Notes: generated by a model not told the origin, from the sequence alone. A DNA stretch of 64,000 nucleotides from an uncultured delta proteobacterium (GCA_963823335.1 CAWGLD010000001.1:480001-544000); one strand, 5' to 3'. Shown: positions 10,683-21,703, counted from the first letter of the stretch. Made by a program: numbers and translations.

Positions 10683-10715
10683 AACAATACTATTGTTGAT
10701 ATTTTTGTATGTCAA
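10683..10715 (-). promoter_or_regulatory. sigma70 promoter with palindromic operator over the -10
   Basis: TTGACA (10710-10715), 17 bp, TAGTAT (10687-10692); palindrome AACAATA-N-TATTGTT 10683-10697. Confidence 0.75.
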
Positions 10716-11017
10716 GCAAAAAATTGAACAGCTGGTCGAAAATAGCTATTGGCTATTAGCCAATAGCATTCATAGCCGTTGTAGCGTTCACGGTTCCGGC
10801 CAAAGGAAATAGACCACGAATTCGGCAGCCACCCGTCTCCTGGAAAAATCATGCTGAGTCGCTGCAAGCAGTGTTTCAAATTTAAAAGGTTGATATCGAT
10901 AATCCGTGCATGATACTGTTGTAGCGTTTTTTCTTTTTAATCCGACAACCAACAGATTTACCTTAGAAAACTGGTCGCTCTATACTTGTGACGACCTAAA
11001 ACTTAACACCACGAAAC

Positions 11018-11656
11018 ATGAAAGACTACGTTTTTATCGCCCCCTTCTACGACTGTCTCCTGAGCCCCTTTATACGGTCCATCCGCCGGGATGTGCTTGA
11101 AACCGTACTTCGGCTTCAGCCGGAAAACGTACTCGACGTAGCCTGCGGCACGGGTGATCAACTGCGTCTTCTGGCAGAAAACAGCATCGCCGCCGTGGGT
11201 GTGGACATGTCCGAAGCCATGCTGAAGATCTGTCGCAAAACGAATCCGGTCGCTGATTGCCTCCTGCAGGATGCCACGCAGATGGCCTTTCAAAACGAAC
11301 GGTTTGACCTGGCCATGATCTCTTTTGCACTCCACGAAACCGGCTGGAAATCGGCCTCCGGCATCCTCGAGGAGATCCACAGAGTCCTCAAACCGTCCGG
11401 GCATCTGCTCGTGGTCGATTACGCAAATTCTCAGGAAACACCCTTTTATGTCAGACAAACCATCCGCATGATCGAATTCATGGCCGGCAGACGCCATTTC
11501 AGAAACTTTCGCACCTATCGTCTCAAGGGTGGCTTGACGACATTGATCGGTAAAAACAGATTCCGTCTCGTCGCATCCACCTACCGCGCTTCCCGCAGTA
11601 TCGCCATACAGCTTTTTCAGCGTCTTGAACCGAAAAAGCGAGTGCATTTCCCCTAG
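11018..11656 (+). CDS. Class I SAM-dependent methyltransferase
   Basis: VLDVACGTG, GVDMS, RVLKPSG. Confidence 0.9.
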   Translation: MKDYVFIAPFYDCLLSPFIRSIRRDVLETVLRLQPENVLDVACGTGDQLRLLAENSIAAVGVDMSEAMLKICRKTNPVADCLLQDATQMAFQNERFDLAMISFALHETGWKSASGILEEIHRVLKPSGHLLVVDYANSQETPFYVRQTIRMIEFMAGRRHFRNFRTYRLKGGLTTLIGKNRFRLVASTYRASRSIAIQLFQRLEPKKRVHFP

Positions 11657-11700
11657 GTCCTGCCGCTCGGCAGTACTTCGCATGCTGCGGGGTTCTTCAA
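11625..11700 (+). repeat. Short copy of TTGAACC...TTCTTCAA element
   Basis: Matches the ends of 59979..60124; overlaps the methyltransferase 3' end. Confidence 0.75.
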
Positions 11701-11854
11701 TAATCTTTCCCCAATGTTACTATGGCCGTTGTCATAAATAGGGGAATGCGCCTACGGCAGGGAAAAAAGAAAAAACCCGGCGGTCTGGGGATATTCCCCA
11801 GAAAAACCGGGCTTAAAAAAGAAATTAACTGCTTGTATATAGTTCCGAAAAGGC

Positions 11855-13486
11855 TTACCTGGTCCCATTGACGGGTTCCCTGCCGGGAGCCACAATACCT
11901 CTTCGCTCGAGGAGGGAGCCCTCCAGCCGGTAAAAACTGGTGAGGGCCTTGAGATAGCTGACCACCGTATTGACTTCGGCGATGCGGTTCACCAGGAGGT
12001 CCCTTTGGGTCTGTGCCACGAGCAAATTTGTCGAACGGCCCACGCGAAATTTTTCGGTTTCAATTCGTAATTTTTCTTCCTGAAATTTTCTAGTGGCCGC
12101 ACTGGCAGCTATCTGCTCCTTGCTTCGATTGACCTCGATGTATGCGTTGCGTACGTCCAGTTCAACCAACTGGGACAGATTTTCCAATATTTTTTCCGCC
12201 TGGTTCTTCTTGAGAAGCGATCTTCTACGCTGTGCCTTGGCGCTACGGTTTCTTATGGGCTGCTCAAAGTTAAGACCCACAAGCACATCATAATTATCCC
12301 CCGGCAAATCATTAACGGCGCCTGAAAAGGAATCCGCATATCCGGTTTTCCCCAGATTGATGAACAGATCCATTACAGGCAGCATTCCGTTTTTGGTGCG
12401 GACAACTTCGAGCTCTTGTCTCTGGATGTCCAGTTTGGCCTGATTTATCTCCGGCCGCATGCGTTTGGCGACGGCTACGTGCTCCTCTATATCGTCGAGT
12501 TCAGCTTCCGGCAGCGCCGGGGGGCGTACAATAGAAATCTCTCTGTTCCAGAAAGATTCCCCCGGAGGATTTAACAGACGCAGCAGAAGAATCCGGTTCG
12601 ACTCCAAGGCACTTTTTGCATTGATCAAAGCCTGCTTTTGGGCAGCCACCTCGGCCTGAACAGCAGCAAGTTCGGCCTCGGCCATGGCACCCACGCGAAT
12701 CATCTCCTCGGTCTCGACAAGTTGCTGATTGGCAAGCTTCAGGGACTCCTCGACAATCTCGATTTGTCGCTGGGCCAGGGCATAATCCCAGTAGGCATTT
12801 TCCACCTGGGCAACCAGGGTTTCACTAAAGCCCCTCAATTCGTAAATGCTGATGGCTGTTTCCAGTCTTGATTGTTGAATCCTTGCCTCATTTACTTCGG
12901 TGCCATACCCGCGCAGCAGGGACTGTGTAACCGATAACCCCACCCGGGCTTTTGCATAAGGATCGTCAGCTTGATCTACATCTGTGACGCTGCCGGAGAA
13001 TCCCAGTTCCACAAAGGTACCCGTGGGAAAGTATTCTTTGAGAGAGATAGTGCCCGCGTAGACATCCGTGGTTGTATCTATGGTGCCGCGGCCCGTAATG
13101 CCCGAGTTCGCAACGTCATTTCGTTCTACAGCGATTTCCCCGCCTAAAACCGGATCGAACAGCGCCTGTTCCTCATCTGTATAGGTATTCTGGATCGGGG
13201 GATTGAACCGTTCCACAACCAGGGAAGGATTGTTTTCCATGGTGCTAAGAATAGCGTCATTCAAAGAAATCCGAAGTGGCCCGCTAAGGGGAATCGATGA
13301 CTGCCTGTCTTTTTCACGGGCAGACTCCCCGGATAAAAAAGCATCCATGTCATCAGGGTATGTGGAAATACTCGTATCTTCTGCTTTTTTCTCATATCCC
13401 GTGAACACGCACGACAACGGGAGTGTAATAACCGCTAAAACAAGGATAAAGGCGCTTCTTTTCTTAAACCTGTTCATCTTTTTCAC
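11855..13486 (-). CDS. TolC family outer membrane efflux protein
   Basis: Signal/lipoprotein-like N-terminus, VENAYWD, VRNAY, FRVGRST repeats. Confidence 0.9.
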   Translation of the reverse strand: MKKMNRFKKRSAFILVLAVITLPLSCVFTGYEKKAEDTSISTYPDDMDAFLSGESAREKDRQSSIPLSGPLRISLNDAILSTMENNPSLVVERFNPPIQNTYTDEEQALFDPVLGGEIAVERNDVANSGITGRGTIDTTTDVYAGTISLKEYFPTGTFVELGFSGSVTDVDQADDPYAKARVGLSVTQSLLRGYGTEVNEARIQQSRLETAISIYELRGFSETLVAQVENAYWDYALAQRQIEIVEESLKLANQQLVETEEMIRVGAMAEAELAAVQAEVAAQKQALINAKSALESNRILLLRLLNPPGESFWNREISIVRPPALPEAELDDIEEHVAVAKRMRPEINQAKLDIQRQELEVVRTKNGMLPVMDLFINLGKTGYADSFSGAVNDLPGDNYDVLVGLNFEQPIRNRSAKAQRRRSLLKKNQAEKILENLSQLVELDVRNAYIEVNRSKEQIAASAATRKFQEEKLRIETEKFRVGRSTNLLVAQTQRDLLVNRIAEVNTVVSYLKALTSFYRLEGSLLERRGIVAPGREPVNGTR

Positions 13487-16400
13487 ATGGGTCCCTCGAG
13501 GTGTTTGTCTTTGGACACATGCTCGGGTCCTTCAGACACCAACACCTGCACTGCTTTTAGTTTTTTTCCTTCAAACAAGGTATAGATGGCGGGAAGTATG
13601 ATCAGTGTAATCAGATTTGAGCTGATCAGTCCACCAATAATTGCCCTGGCCATGGGTGCCTGGGCATCTCCCCCTTCACCCAGACCCATGGCCAATGGTG
13701 TCATGGCCAGTATCGTTGTGGAGGCGGTCATGAGAACGGGTCGCAGACGTCTTCTGCCGGCCTCTTCAATGGCTTCTCTGAGCGCAAATCCATCCCGGCG
13801 GCGAAGCAGATTGATGTGGTCCACCAGCAAGATGGCATTGTTCACAACGATACCGCCCAGCATGATACACCCGATGTAGGACTGAATGTTGAACGTTGTA
13901 TGGGTAAAGAGGAGCATGAGAATGACACCGATGGCGGCCATGGGCACGGAAAACATCACCACAAAGGGATAGCGCAGGGATTCATACAGAGAGGCCATCA
14001 CCATGTAGACCAGAACGATCGCCAGTATAAAACTGATCAACAACTCCCTGAAAGCTTTCTGTTGTTCCTGGTAGTCGCCGCCAAAAATGATGTTGAAATC
14101 CCTTGGTATGGGTACGGACTGTAAGCCCTTTCGAATATCCCCCAGGATGGAACCCATGTCCCGGTCACCGATATTGGCCGTTACGTAAGTCACCCGTTCC
14201 TGGCCTTTGCGCTCGATCAAAACCGGCCCCCGTCTCGGGCGGACCTGTACCACGTTTCGAAGAACCACCTGCTCCCCGTCGGCATTGGTAACAGGCAGGT
14301 CAAGGATGTCCCTCAATTCGCTTTTTCCCTTGTCCGCCAGTTTGACACGTATGCGATATTCACTCCCGCCTTCCCGGTAGTTGCCTGCCGAAGTCCCGGA
14401 TAAAACGGTTTGCAGCATGTTGGCAATACTGGTTATGGTCAGTTTCATATCGGCGGCCTTTTGACGATCGACGATGATCAGTTCCTCCGGTGTCCCGGTT
14501 TCCCTGCTGATGCTGGTATCGGTGATACCGTCCACGCCTGCGACCACCTCTTCCACACGCAATGCCAGTTCGTTGGATGTTTCGAGATCGTATCCGTGCA
14601 CCTCTATCTGAACCCGTTCGGTACCTCCGGTGCCCATGCGAAGGATAAAAAGACCCCCTCCGGCCCGGGTACGAACCTTGGTTCCGGGAATGAAATTGAG
14701 TTTGTTACGAAGATCGGCTGCGATTTCATCACTGGATCGCGTGCGCTCCTTGAGTGGCTTCAAGGCGATGCGCATCGATCCTTCATTGGAACCCCTGGCG
14801 CCCCAGCTGGAACTACCCAGGAAGGATACGGTGTTGTCGATTTCCGGGACGTTCTCATAGACGATCTTTTCGATTTTTTGAAACGTACGATCCATTATGT
14901 CGAGCCGTGTCCCCACGGCCATTTCGGCATTGACCCTCACCTCTCCCTCATCGGAGGCCGGCATCAGTTCAACGCCCACAAAAGGGATCAGGAAAAGGCT
15001 TCCGCCGAGCAGTAGAAAAGCGCCGCCAACGACCATAATACGATGGTTGAGGGCAAATCCAAGGATGCGTGTATAGGCATCTTCCATCTTCGTAAAAAAT
15101 CTTGCGGTTATACGAAAAAACCATCCGCCTGCGGCATTTTCTGATTCAGCCCCCAAAACTACGGGTAATCGGATACGGGCTGCCAGCATGGGAACGAGGG
15201 TCAGCGCCGCTGCCAGGGAGCAGATCAGAGAAAACCCGATCACATATGAAAGCTGTTCGAACATGATCCCTGACATCCCGCGGACAAAAATGAGTGGCAA
15301 AAACACGGCCAGTGTCGTCAACGTGCTGGCAATGACAGCCGCGCTCACTTCCTGGCTGCCCTTTATGGCCGCTGAAATCCGATCTTCACCCGATTCTCGC
15401 AGTCGATAAATATTTTCCAGTACCACGATGGCATTGTCCACCAGCATGCCGACACCAAGGGCCAGACCGCCGAGGGTCATCAGGTTCAAGGTAAACCCGT
15501 TAAAGTACATCAGTGCAAAGGTGGCCACAATCGAAATGGGGATGGTGGTGGCAATGATGGCCGTGCTGGGAATGTTTCTGAGAAAAAATAGTAGGACACA
15601 GATAGCCAGGACGCCGCCATACAGAATGATGGAGCCGACATTGGTGATGGAACGCTTGATATAGTCGGAGGAGTCGATGATCGTGACGATCTGAATCTGG
15701 GGCAGATCCCGGTTGATCGTTTCGATCTCGTTCAGCACGTTCGTGGCGACTTCCACGGTATTTTTCCCAGATTGCTTGCTGACCGACATGCGAATGCCAG
15801 GATTGTTGTTTACCCGCACGATCCGGGTCACTTTTTCCCATGCATCCTCCACACCGGCAATCTCTTTTAGCTGGATAGGGACACCATCCCTGATAGCCAC
15901 GACCGTATTCTTAAGCTCATCCAGGTCGTTGTAGATACCGGGTGTCCGGATGGTAACATCCTGCAAACCCTGTTCGATGGTCCCGGCAGGCAGGTTGATG
16001 TTTTCTTCTTTGAGACGTTTCAGGATCTGGTCGATGGGAAGCCCCAGGGCCTTCATCTTTTCCGAATCCAGATTTACGTGAATCTCGCGGTCCAGACCAC
16101 CGCGGATATCCAGCGATGCAACACCAGGTATCTTTTCAATACGGTTTTTTACCTGATCATCGATGAGCTGCCTGACCTGTATGGGGTCCAAGTTGCTGGA
16201 CACGCCCAGAATGAGTATGGGAAAAGCGGCCAGATCGAACTTCCGCAACTGGGGACGTTCCACATCTTCGGGCAGGAGGGGTAAGACACGGTCGAGACGG
16301 TCCCTGACATCATTGGCGGCTTCGTTCAAATCGGTCCCCCAGGCAAAGGAAACCCGCACGCTGCTTTGTCCCTCGGCCGAGACCGATGTGACTTCATCGA

Positions 16401-16629
16401 CACCGGGGACGGCGCTCATGGCCTCCTCGATGGGGATGGTGATAAGCTCTTCAACTTCCTCGGGGCTGGCGTCTGCGTATCCGGTGGAGATGCTCAAGGT
16501 GGGATAGGTGATGTCCGGCATCAGGTCAACGGCAAGTCGCGTCAGTGAAATGGCTCCGATGATAATAACGATCAGGGAGACCATGATGGTCAACACAGGA
16601 CGTTTAACGGAAAAACTGGAGACGTTCAT
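13483..16629 (-). CDS. RND efflux permease (AcrB/MdtBC-like)
   Basis: 1048 aa, GMLVDNAIVVLEN, RLRPVLMT. Confidence 0.95.
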   Translation of the reverse strand: MNVSSFSVKRPVLTIMVSLIVIIIGAISLTRLAVDLMPDITYPTLSISTGYADASPEEVEELITIPIEEAMSAVPGVDEVTSVSAEGQSSVRVSFAWGTDLNEAANDVRDRLDRVLPLLPEDVERPQLRKFDLAAFPILILGVSSNLDPIQVRQLIDDQVKNRIEKIPGVASLDIRGGLDREIHVNLDSEKMKALGLPIDQILKRLKEENINLPAGTIEQGLQDVTIRTPGIYNDLDELKNTVVAIRDGVPIQLKEIAGVEDAWEKVTRIVRVNNNPGIRMSVSKQSGKNTVEVATNVLNEIETINRDLPQIQIVTIIDSSDYIKRSITNVGSIILYGGVLAICVLLFFLRNIPSTAIIATTIPISIVATFALMYFNGFTLNLMTLGGLALGVGMLVDNAIVVLENIYRLRESGEDRISAAIKGSQEVSAAVIASTLTTLAVFLPLIFVRGMSGIMFEQLSYVIGFSLICSLAAALTLVPMLAARIRLPVVLGAESENAAGGWFFRITARFFTKMEDAYTRILGFALNHRIMVVGGAFLLLGGSLFLIPFVGVELMPASDEGEVRVNAEMAVGTRLDIMDRTFQKIEKIVYENVPEIDNTVSFLGSSSWGARGSNEGSMRIALKPLKERTRSSDEIAADLRNKLNFIPGTKVRTRAGGGLFILRMGTGGTERVQIEVHGYDLETSNELALRVEEVVAGVDGITDTSISRETGTPEELIIVDRQKAADMKLTITSIANMLQTVLSGTSAGNYREGGSEYRIRVKLADKGKSELRDILDLPVTNADGEQVVLRNVVQVRPRRGPVLIERKGQERVTYVTANIGDRDMGSILGDIRKGLQSVPIPRDFNIIFGGDYQEQQKAFRELLISFILAIVLVYMVMASLYESLRYPFVVMFSVPMAAIGVILMLLFTHTTFNIQSYIGCIMLGGIVVNNAILLVDHINLLRRRDGFALREAIEEAGRRRLRPVLMTASTTILAMTPLAMGLGEGGDAQAPMARAIIGGLISSNLITLIILPAIYTLFEGKKLKAVQVLVSEGPEHVSKDKHLEGPM

Positions 16630-16661
16630 GATGGGTGCTTCCGTATGGCTCGTTTATCCTT

Positions 16662-17864
16662 TTACAGATGGGTTTTTGTGTCTTCTGCAGGCTGGTTTTC
16701 TGTCACCTGCTTGTCTGGAATGATGATGGAAGCGCCGTCTTCCAGAAGGTGTTGTCCCAAAACAACCACTGAACCGCTTAGGACGGGTGTGCGTATTTCA
16801 GTGATTTTGCTGTCCACAATACCGGGTGTAACCGCAACAAAGCGTGCGGTTTTTCCTTCCGGGTCCACAAGAAAGACCCCTTGTAAATTGTCGCGTTTGA
16901 TTATAGCAGCGGTGGGAACCACGGTGGCATTTTCATGTTTTTCGAACTGAATTTGGGCCCGCACAAACATGCCCGGCTTTAAGATCTTCTGGGGATTGGG
17001 TATTTCTATTTCGATTCTGGCTTCTCTGGATTTTTCTTTCAGGATCGGTGCAATTCGAAGCACCTTTCCGGAAAACGAACGATCTGGAAACGCATCGGTG
17101 GAAATCGCGGCCTCCTGGCCAATGTTTATTTTGGCATAGTCCTGCTCGACGACGTGAATGGCGGCGATCAGCGTTCCAATATCTATGATAGAAACGATCG
17201 GTGTATTGGCTGCCAGCATGGCACCCTCATCCACAAATCGTTCCCCCACCACCCGATATCCGGCCCTGTTGTTGCTGGGCACATGGATCTGGGTGTACTC
17301 GAGACGTACCTTGGCAACCCTCATGGCGGCCTCACTCTGGGCTACCCTGGCAAAGGCCACTTTCAATTTTGCCTCCTGGGCTTTCAAATCGGATAGGGAT
17401 GCATCCAATTGTGATTCAGAGGCAATCTTTTTTTCTCTCAAGGCAACAGCCCGCTCATGCTCCCGTTTGGCGTTTTCCAGGGCATTTTCCTGTTCCAGGA
17501 GATTGGCCTGCGCGACTTCGAGTTCGGCCCCGGCCTGGCTGACCTGCTGTTTGTATTCCGCGTCATCCAGAACGGCTATCAGTTGACTGTTTTGAAGTTC
17601 ATCACCAATATTGACCCATATCTTTTCAAGCCGCCCTCCGATTTTTGGGGCGATAACAAATGCTGCGTGGGGATACAAGGAGCCGCTGTAGCGGCCAATA
17701 TCCTGAACCGTTGCTTGTTGAACAGGTGCGACTTCAACGGCAACGGGTACATTTTTTCGCTCACGCTTGACGGCTTTTGTGTCACTGTTGACGCGTTGAT
17801 AAATCTGCCAGCCTAAAAAAGATAGACCCAGTAAAAGAATACCTATCAGAATTATTTTTTTCAT
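16662..17864 (-). CDS. RND periplasmic adaptor (MFP)
   Basis: N-terminal anchor, coiled hairpin, LKPGMFV. Confidence 0.92.
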   Translation of the reverse strand: MKKIILIGILLLGLSFLGWQIYQRVNSDTKAVKRERKNVPVAVEVAPVQQATVQDIGRYSGSLYPHAAFVIAPKIGGRLEKIWVNIGDELQNSQLIAVLDDAEYKQQVSQAGAELEVAQANLLEQENALENAKREHERAVALREKKIASESQLDASLSDLKAQEAKLKVAFARVAQSEAAMRVAKVRLEYTQIHVPSNNRAGYRVVGERFVDEGAMLAANTPIVSIIDIGTLIAAIHVVEQDYAKINIGQEAAISTDAFPDRSFSGKVLRIAPILKEKSREARIEIEIPNPQKILKPGMFVRAQIQFEKHENATVVPTAAIIKRDNLQGVFLVDPEGKTARFVAVTPGIVDSKITEIRTPVLSGSVVVLGQHLLEDGASIIIPDKQVTENQPAEDTKTHL

Positions 17865-18099
17865 GACAACGATAATTATTTGCTTTTTGATAAAGTATCA
17901 AGCAGAAAATAGGCTGCTTACATTTAAGACCGTAAGTCTTTTAGGCAGCTTTTGGTTTTCACCTTGATGGAGCGATCTGGTTGATTTAATGGAAATTACA
18001 TAATGGTCAAAGCTTCCCACAACATCTTTAAAGAATCTGTGAGACCCGCTTTAAAAGGATTGATATGCATGGTCCCGGCATGCTATTGCTGCAGCGCAT

Positions 18100-19365
18100 A
18101 TGTCTAAATCATCTCACGAACCCTATGGCGACCCCCATCGCTGGACGGTCTTTTCCGTCATCTGCCTGGTCTATTTCTTTGTCTATTTTCACCGGGTATC
18201 CACCTCCGTCATCGTACCGGACCTGTTGAAAGCCTTTGACACCCATGCTACGGCCCTGGGTCTCATGTCTTCCATGTATTTTTATATCTATGCCCTGGAG
18301 CAGCCTCTGGTGGGATACCTGACAGATCGCCTGGGTCCCGTGAGGGTCATCGGTGTGTGGTCTCTGGTGGCAGCCGTGGGGTGTTTCATGTTCGGTATGG
18401 CCCCGAATATCTTCTGGGCGTCTGTGGCAAGGGCGATTATCGGATTCGGTGTCGGGGGTGTCTATGTGCCAGCCATCAAGGCCTTCTCCCAGTGGTTCAG
18501 AAAAAAAGAATTTTCATTCATGATCGGTCTGCTCATGTCTGTGGGAAATTTCGGGGCCGTCATTGCCACCACACCCCTGGCCTGGTCTGTGGATTTGTGG
18601 GGCTGGCGTATAACCTTTTATGTCATCGGCGGAATCACGCTGATACTTGCTTTCGTGGCCCTGGTTTTCACGCGGGACAAACGAGATCCCCAGACCCCCG
18701 CGTCCCCGGCAAATTCAGCTGACGGGGAGGTATTTCCGGAAAGCTCCGTCTCTCAAATTCTGGTCTCGGGTCGATTGTGGCTCATGGCCACAATCTTTTT
18801 AGGCATTTATGGCACGGTCCTGACCTTCCAGGGTCTCTGGGCAACACCCTTTCTCATGTCAGCCCTCGGTATCGCCCGAATCCATGCCAGCAAGCTGAAT
18901 ATGCTGATACCCATCGGTTTCATCATCGGGTCGCCGTTGATTGGCTGGCTCTCAGAAAGGCTCTCGTGGCCCAAGATAACGACCCTGCGGGTCATTATGT
19001 TCATCAACATCATATCGTGGATCGGGATAACCTTCTGCCATGCATGGCTCGGTGCTGTCGGTCTGTCCGTAATGCTGCTGTGTATGGGCTTTGTGGGGGG
19101 CGGTTTCATCAGTGTTTTCTGGGGTGTCATCCGGGAAACAACCCCGGAAAAAAACCTGGGCATGGTCTCAGGGCTGCTCAACCCGGCACCCTTTTTGGGT
19201 GTGGCCGTTTTCCAGGTGATCACCGGCACCATATTGAACCGCACCGAGCGTGTGGATGGTCTTTACCCTTTGTCAGGTTTTAGCGATGCCTTTTCCGTCT
19301 GTGTTGTGGTTGTCGCTGTCTGCCTGGGAATGTCCTTTTTTTTAAGCAACGACCGAAAACAATAA
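18100..19365 (+). CDS. MFS transporter
   Basis: FHRVS, GYLTDRLGP, ~12 TM segments. Confidence 0.9.
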   Translation: MSKSSHEPYGDPHRWTVFSVICLVYFFVYFHRVSTSVIVPDLLKAFDTHATALGLMSSMYFYIYALEQPLVGYLTDRLGPVRVIGVWSLVAAVGCFMFGMAPNIFWASVARAIIGFGVGGVYVPAIKAFSQWFRKKEFSFMIGLLMSVGNFGAVIATTPLAWSVDLWGWRITFYVIGGITLILAFVALVFTRDKRDPQTPASPANSADGEVFPESSVSQILVSGRLWLMATIFLGIYGTVLTFQGLWATPFLMSALGIARIHASKLNMLIPIGFIIGSPLIGWLSERLSWPKITTLRVIMFINIISWIGITFCHAWLGAVGLSVMLLCMGFVGGGFISVFWGVIRETTPEKNLGMVSGLLNPAPFLGVAVFQVITGTILNRTERVDGLYPLSGFSDAFSVCVVVVAVCLGMSFFLSNDRKQ

Positions 19366-19532
19366 CATCCCTGAATGCGTGCGTTTGCGGGCTGAGGTCA
19401 CCAAATGTACGGTTCATCAGGGTAATTGAGTTGTAAACAATTCGAACAGCAGAAGTAAAATAAGACACTTCGAAATTCGATATTCCTTGTTCGACATTCT
19501 GCGGTTCGTTTTGAAAAAAAGCTGCTTACAGC

Positions 19533-20525
19533 TTACTGCTTATTGCTCATAGCTTCCAGCAACACCGGAATGAAGGTCTTCAGGTCTTCCACAATACAGA
19601 TGTCGGACAGATTGAAAATGGCAGCCATGGGATCGGTATTGATGGCCACGATGAATCCGGATCCTTTCATGCCGCTGACGTGCTGGGCTGCACCGGATAT
19701 ACCGCAGGCCAGATAAAGATCGGGTGTTACAGTGGCGCCTGTGACCCCTATTTGCCGGTCATAGCTCATCCAGCCCATGTCGATGACCGGGCGGGATCCG
19801 CACACCACTGATTGGGGAATCAGGGAAGCCAGCTTCCGTACAAGCTGGAGATTTTCTGCCTCACCAATGCCCCTGCCGGCAGAGACAATGACCCTGGCTA
19901 TTGACAGGTCCAGGTCACTCGTCTGGAATGCCGTGGTGGAAAGCGTGTCAGATGTCTGGGGAGCAACTGCCATTGATTCCAGATAAACCTTTCCCCGTGT
20001 CTGATCCTTTTTCGGTGTCGGCCCATATGATCCCGGTTGAACGGTAAGCACCGTTGTTTTCGTAGAAGACACCATGTCTGCGTTGATTTTGCCGCCGTAG
20101 ATATCCCTGGAAAAACAAAGTCTGCCCTGCTGAACAGATAGTGCGCTCACACCGGTAATACAGGCGGCATTCAGACGCATGGCCAGCCCTGGTGCAAAAT
20201 CCGATCCCCGGGAAGAATGGGCAATACAGATATGCTTGGGGGGGTGTTCCGCCAGGGCTTCATGCAAAACTGATTTATAGGCTTGGCCATTGTACTGTGC
20301 CAGTTGGGGCGCCGCTATGCCCAGGACATCCTTTCCCGTTTTTGTGGCCAGGCTTTCTGCAAGATCGTCCACCTTCTCCCCCAGAACCAGCATCTGAATT
20401 GGCGCCGGTCTGAAGTGCTGGAGCGCCTCGGCGAAATGCACCAGCTCATAGGTGACCGGCCGGATTTCTCCTTTAAAATGCTCGGCGATGACCACAATGG
20501 ATCCGGATTGTAGGATATTTCTCAT
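19533..20525 (-). CDS. etfA: Electron transfer flavoprotein alpha subunit
   Basis: SRPVID, QIGVTG, GISGAAQH, AINTD; start placed at ATG 20525 because the longer ORF runs into a repeat. Confidence 0.92.
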   Translation of the reverse strand: MRNILQSGSIVVIAEHFKGEIRPVTYELVHFAEALQHFRPAPIQMLVLGEKVDDLAESLATKTGKDVLGIAAPQLAQYNGQAYKSVLHEALAEHPPKHICIAHSSRGSDFAPGLAMRLNAACITGVSALSVQQGRLCFSRDIYGGKINADMVSSTKTTVLTVQPGSYGPTPKKDQTRGKVYLESMAVAPQTSDTLSTTAFQTSDLDLSIARVIVSAGRGIGEAENLQLVRKLASLIPQSVVCGSRPVIDMGWMSYDRQIGVTGATVTPDLYLACGISGAAQHVSGMKGSGFIVAINTDPMAAIFNLSDICIVEDLKTFIPVLLEAMSNKQ

Positions 20526-20534
20526 GTTAAAAAT

Positions 20535-20685
20535 GATGGTCTCATAATAAGTCCGAGTTAGACGGTTTTGTAAAAAGTTCAAATTCAAGGCGTGCAAATT
20601 TTGTAATCATGAGGCGTACTTTTCGTACGTTGAATGATTACGAAATGCAGCACAACGCAGAAGTTGGGCTTTTTACGAGACCGCC
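20535..20685. repeat. ERIC-like folded element / MITE, copy 1
   Basis: Imperfect terminal IRs; core CAAGGCG...GAGGCGTAC/GTACGTTGA...CAACGCAG. Confidence 0.75.
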
Positions 20686-21458
20686 AAAAATGACCTGTCA
20701 GACAAAATGGTCAGCAACTGTTCCGCTTTCTGGGATGTCGATCCTTCCAGAAAAACACCATCCCGCGATTTTCCGGGCAAGGTCACCTGCTGCACGCTCT
20801 GCATCGGGGCAGATTCATCCGCCACATCCACGTGCAGGGTCTTCAGCTTCAGTTTGTTGGCCCGCAGCAGGTTTGACAGTGACGGATAGCGCGGCTGGTT
20901 GATACCGGTCTGAATCGTCAAGAGGGCCGGTAACTGCAAAGCAACCGCCTCCCGGTACCCCCCTTCTATCTCCCGCTCCACGCGCAGGCCCTCACCGGCC
21001 GACATGATCTTCACCTGAACGACGGCTGTTGCACACGGCAGGGACAGGTACTCGGCCATGAGGGGCCCTACCTGACCCTGCATCAGGTCTTCCGACATGG
21101 CGCCGCAGAAAATCAGGTCAGCACCCCTGGCTTCAGGTAAGCCCGCCATCCATCCGGCCAGGATGGACGGGTCCACAAACCCATCTGTGGGAGTGATGAT
21201 ATGTGTCCCATGGTCGGCCCCCATGCCTATGGCCCGTCGAATGACCGCCTCTGATCGCTCCGTACCAACGGACAGAACATGAATGCCCGTCCCGGGAAAT
21301 TGTTCCTTGATCTGGACAGCCGCTTCCACAGCACATTCATCGAAGTGGTTCATCCTGAAGGCCGATGTACCATGAATGGTTACCCATCGGGTGTCTTTGT
21401 CGATGGCGACGACGGCTTCGGATTCTGGAACCTGTTTTACACAGACGAGTAATTTCAT
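20673..21458 (-). CDS. etfB: Electron transfer flavoprotein beta subunit
   Basis: VCVKQVP, DECAVEAA, AIGMGAD, NQPRYPS. Confidence 0.93.
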   Translation of the reverse strand: MKLLVCVKQVPESEAVVAIDKDTRWVTIHGTSAFRMNHFDECAVEAAVQIKEQFPGTGIHVLSVGTERSEAVIRRAIGMGADHGTHIITPTDGFVDPSILAGWMAGLPEARGADLIFCGAMSEDLMQGQVGPLMAEYLSLPCATAVVQVKIMSAGEGLRVEREIEGGYREAVALQLPALLTIQTGINQPRYPSLSNLLRANKLKLKTLHVDVADESAPMQSVQQVTLPGKSRDGVFLEGSTSQKAEQLLTILSDRSFLAVS

Positions 21459-21557
21459 ATAAAATCATTCCACGATTTTATAAAACGCGACGTTGTCGCT
21501 CCTATAATAAAAACTATGAGTTGCTATTGGCTGACAGGTGACACCTTATCCCAAAAT

Positions 21558-21703
21558 TAGAAGCTATCTGAAAAATAGGATTTTGGTTCAAGATCAAGGC
21601 GGGATTGCGTTTCAATCCGCAGGAATACTGACGTATTTTGAGGAATTGAAACACGATCCCAACACAGAGATTGGGCCAAAAGACATTTTTAAGATGGCTT
21701 CTA
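21558..21703. repeat. ERIC-like folded element / MITE, copy 2
   Basis: TIR tagaagctatctgaaaaat / atttttaagatggcttcta, TA ends; core CAAGGCG...CAACACAG. Confidence 0.8.

Noticed and set aside
11003-11683. 226 aa minus-strand ORF
   Set aside because: Antisense to the methyltransferase, which has clear SAM motifs.
18075-18090. cggcatgctattgct as a sigma54 promoter
   Set aside because: GG-to-GC spacing is 9, not the required 10.
20526-20597. N-terminal extensions in the ORF track (etfA, also atuA, tolC, crotonase 57638, ATPase 54014)
   Set aside because: They run into repeats, promoters or upstream genes; downstream ATGs fit family starts better.
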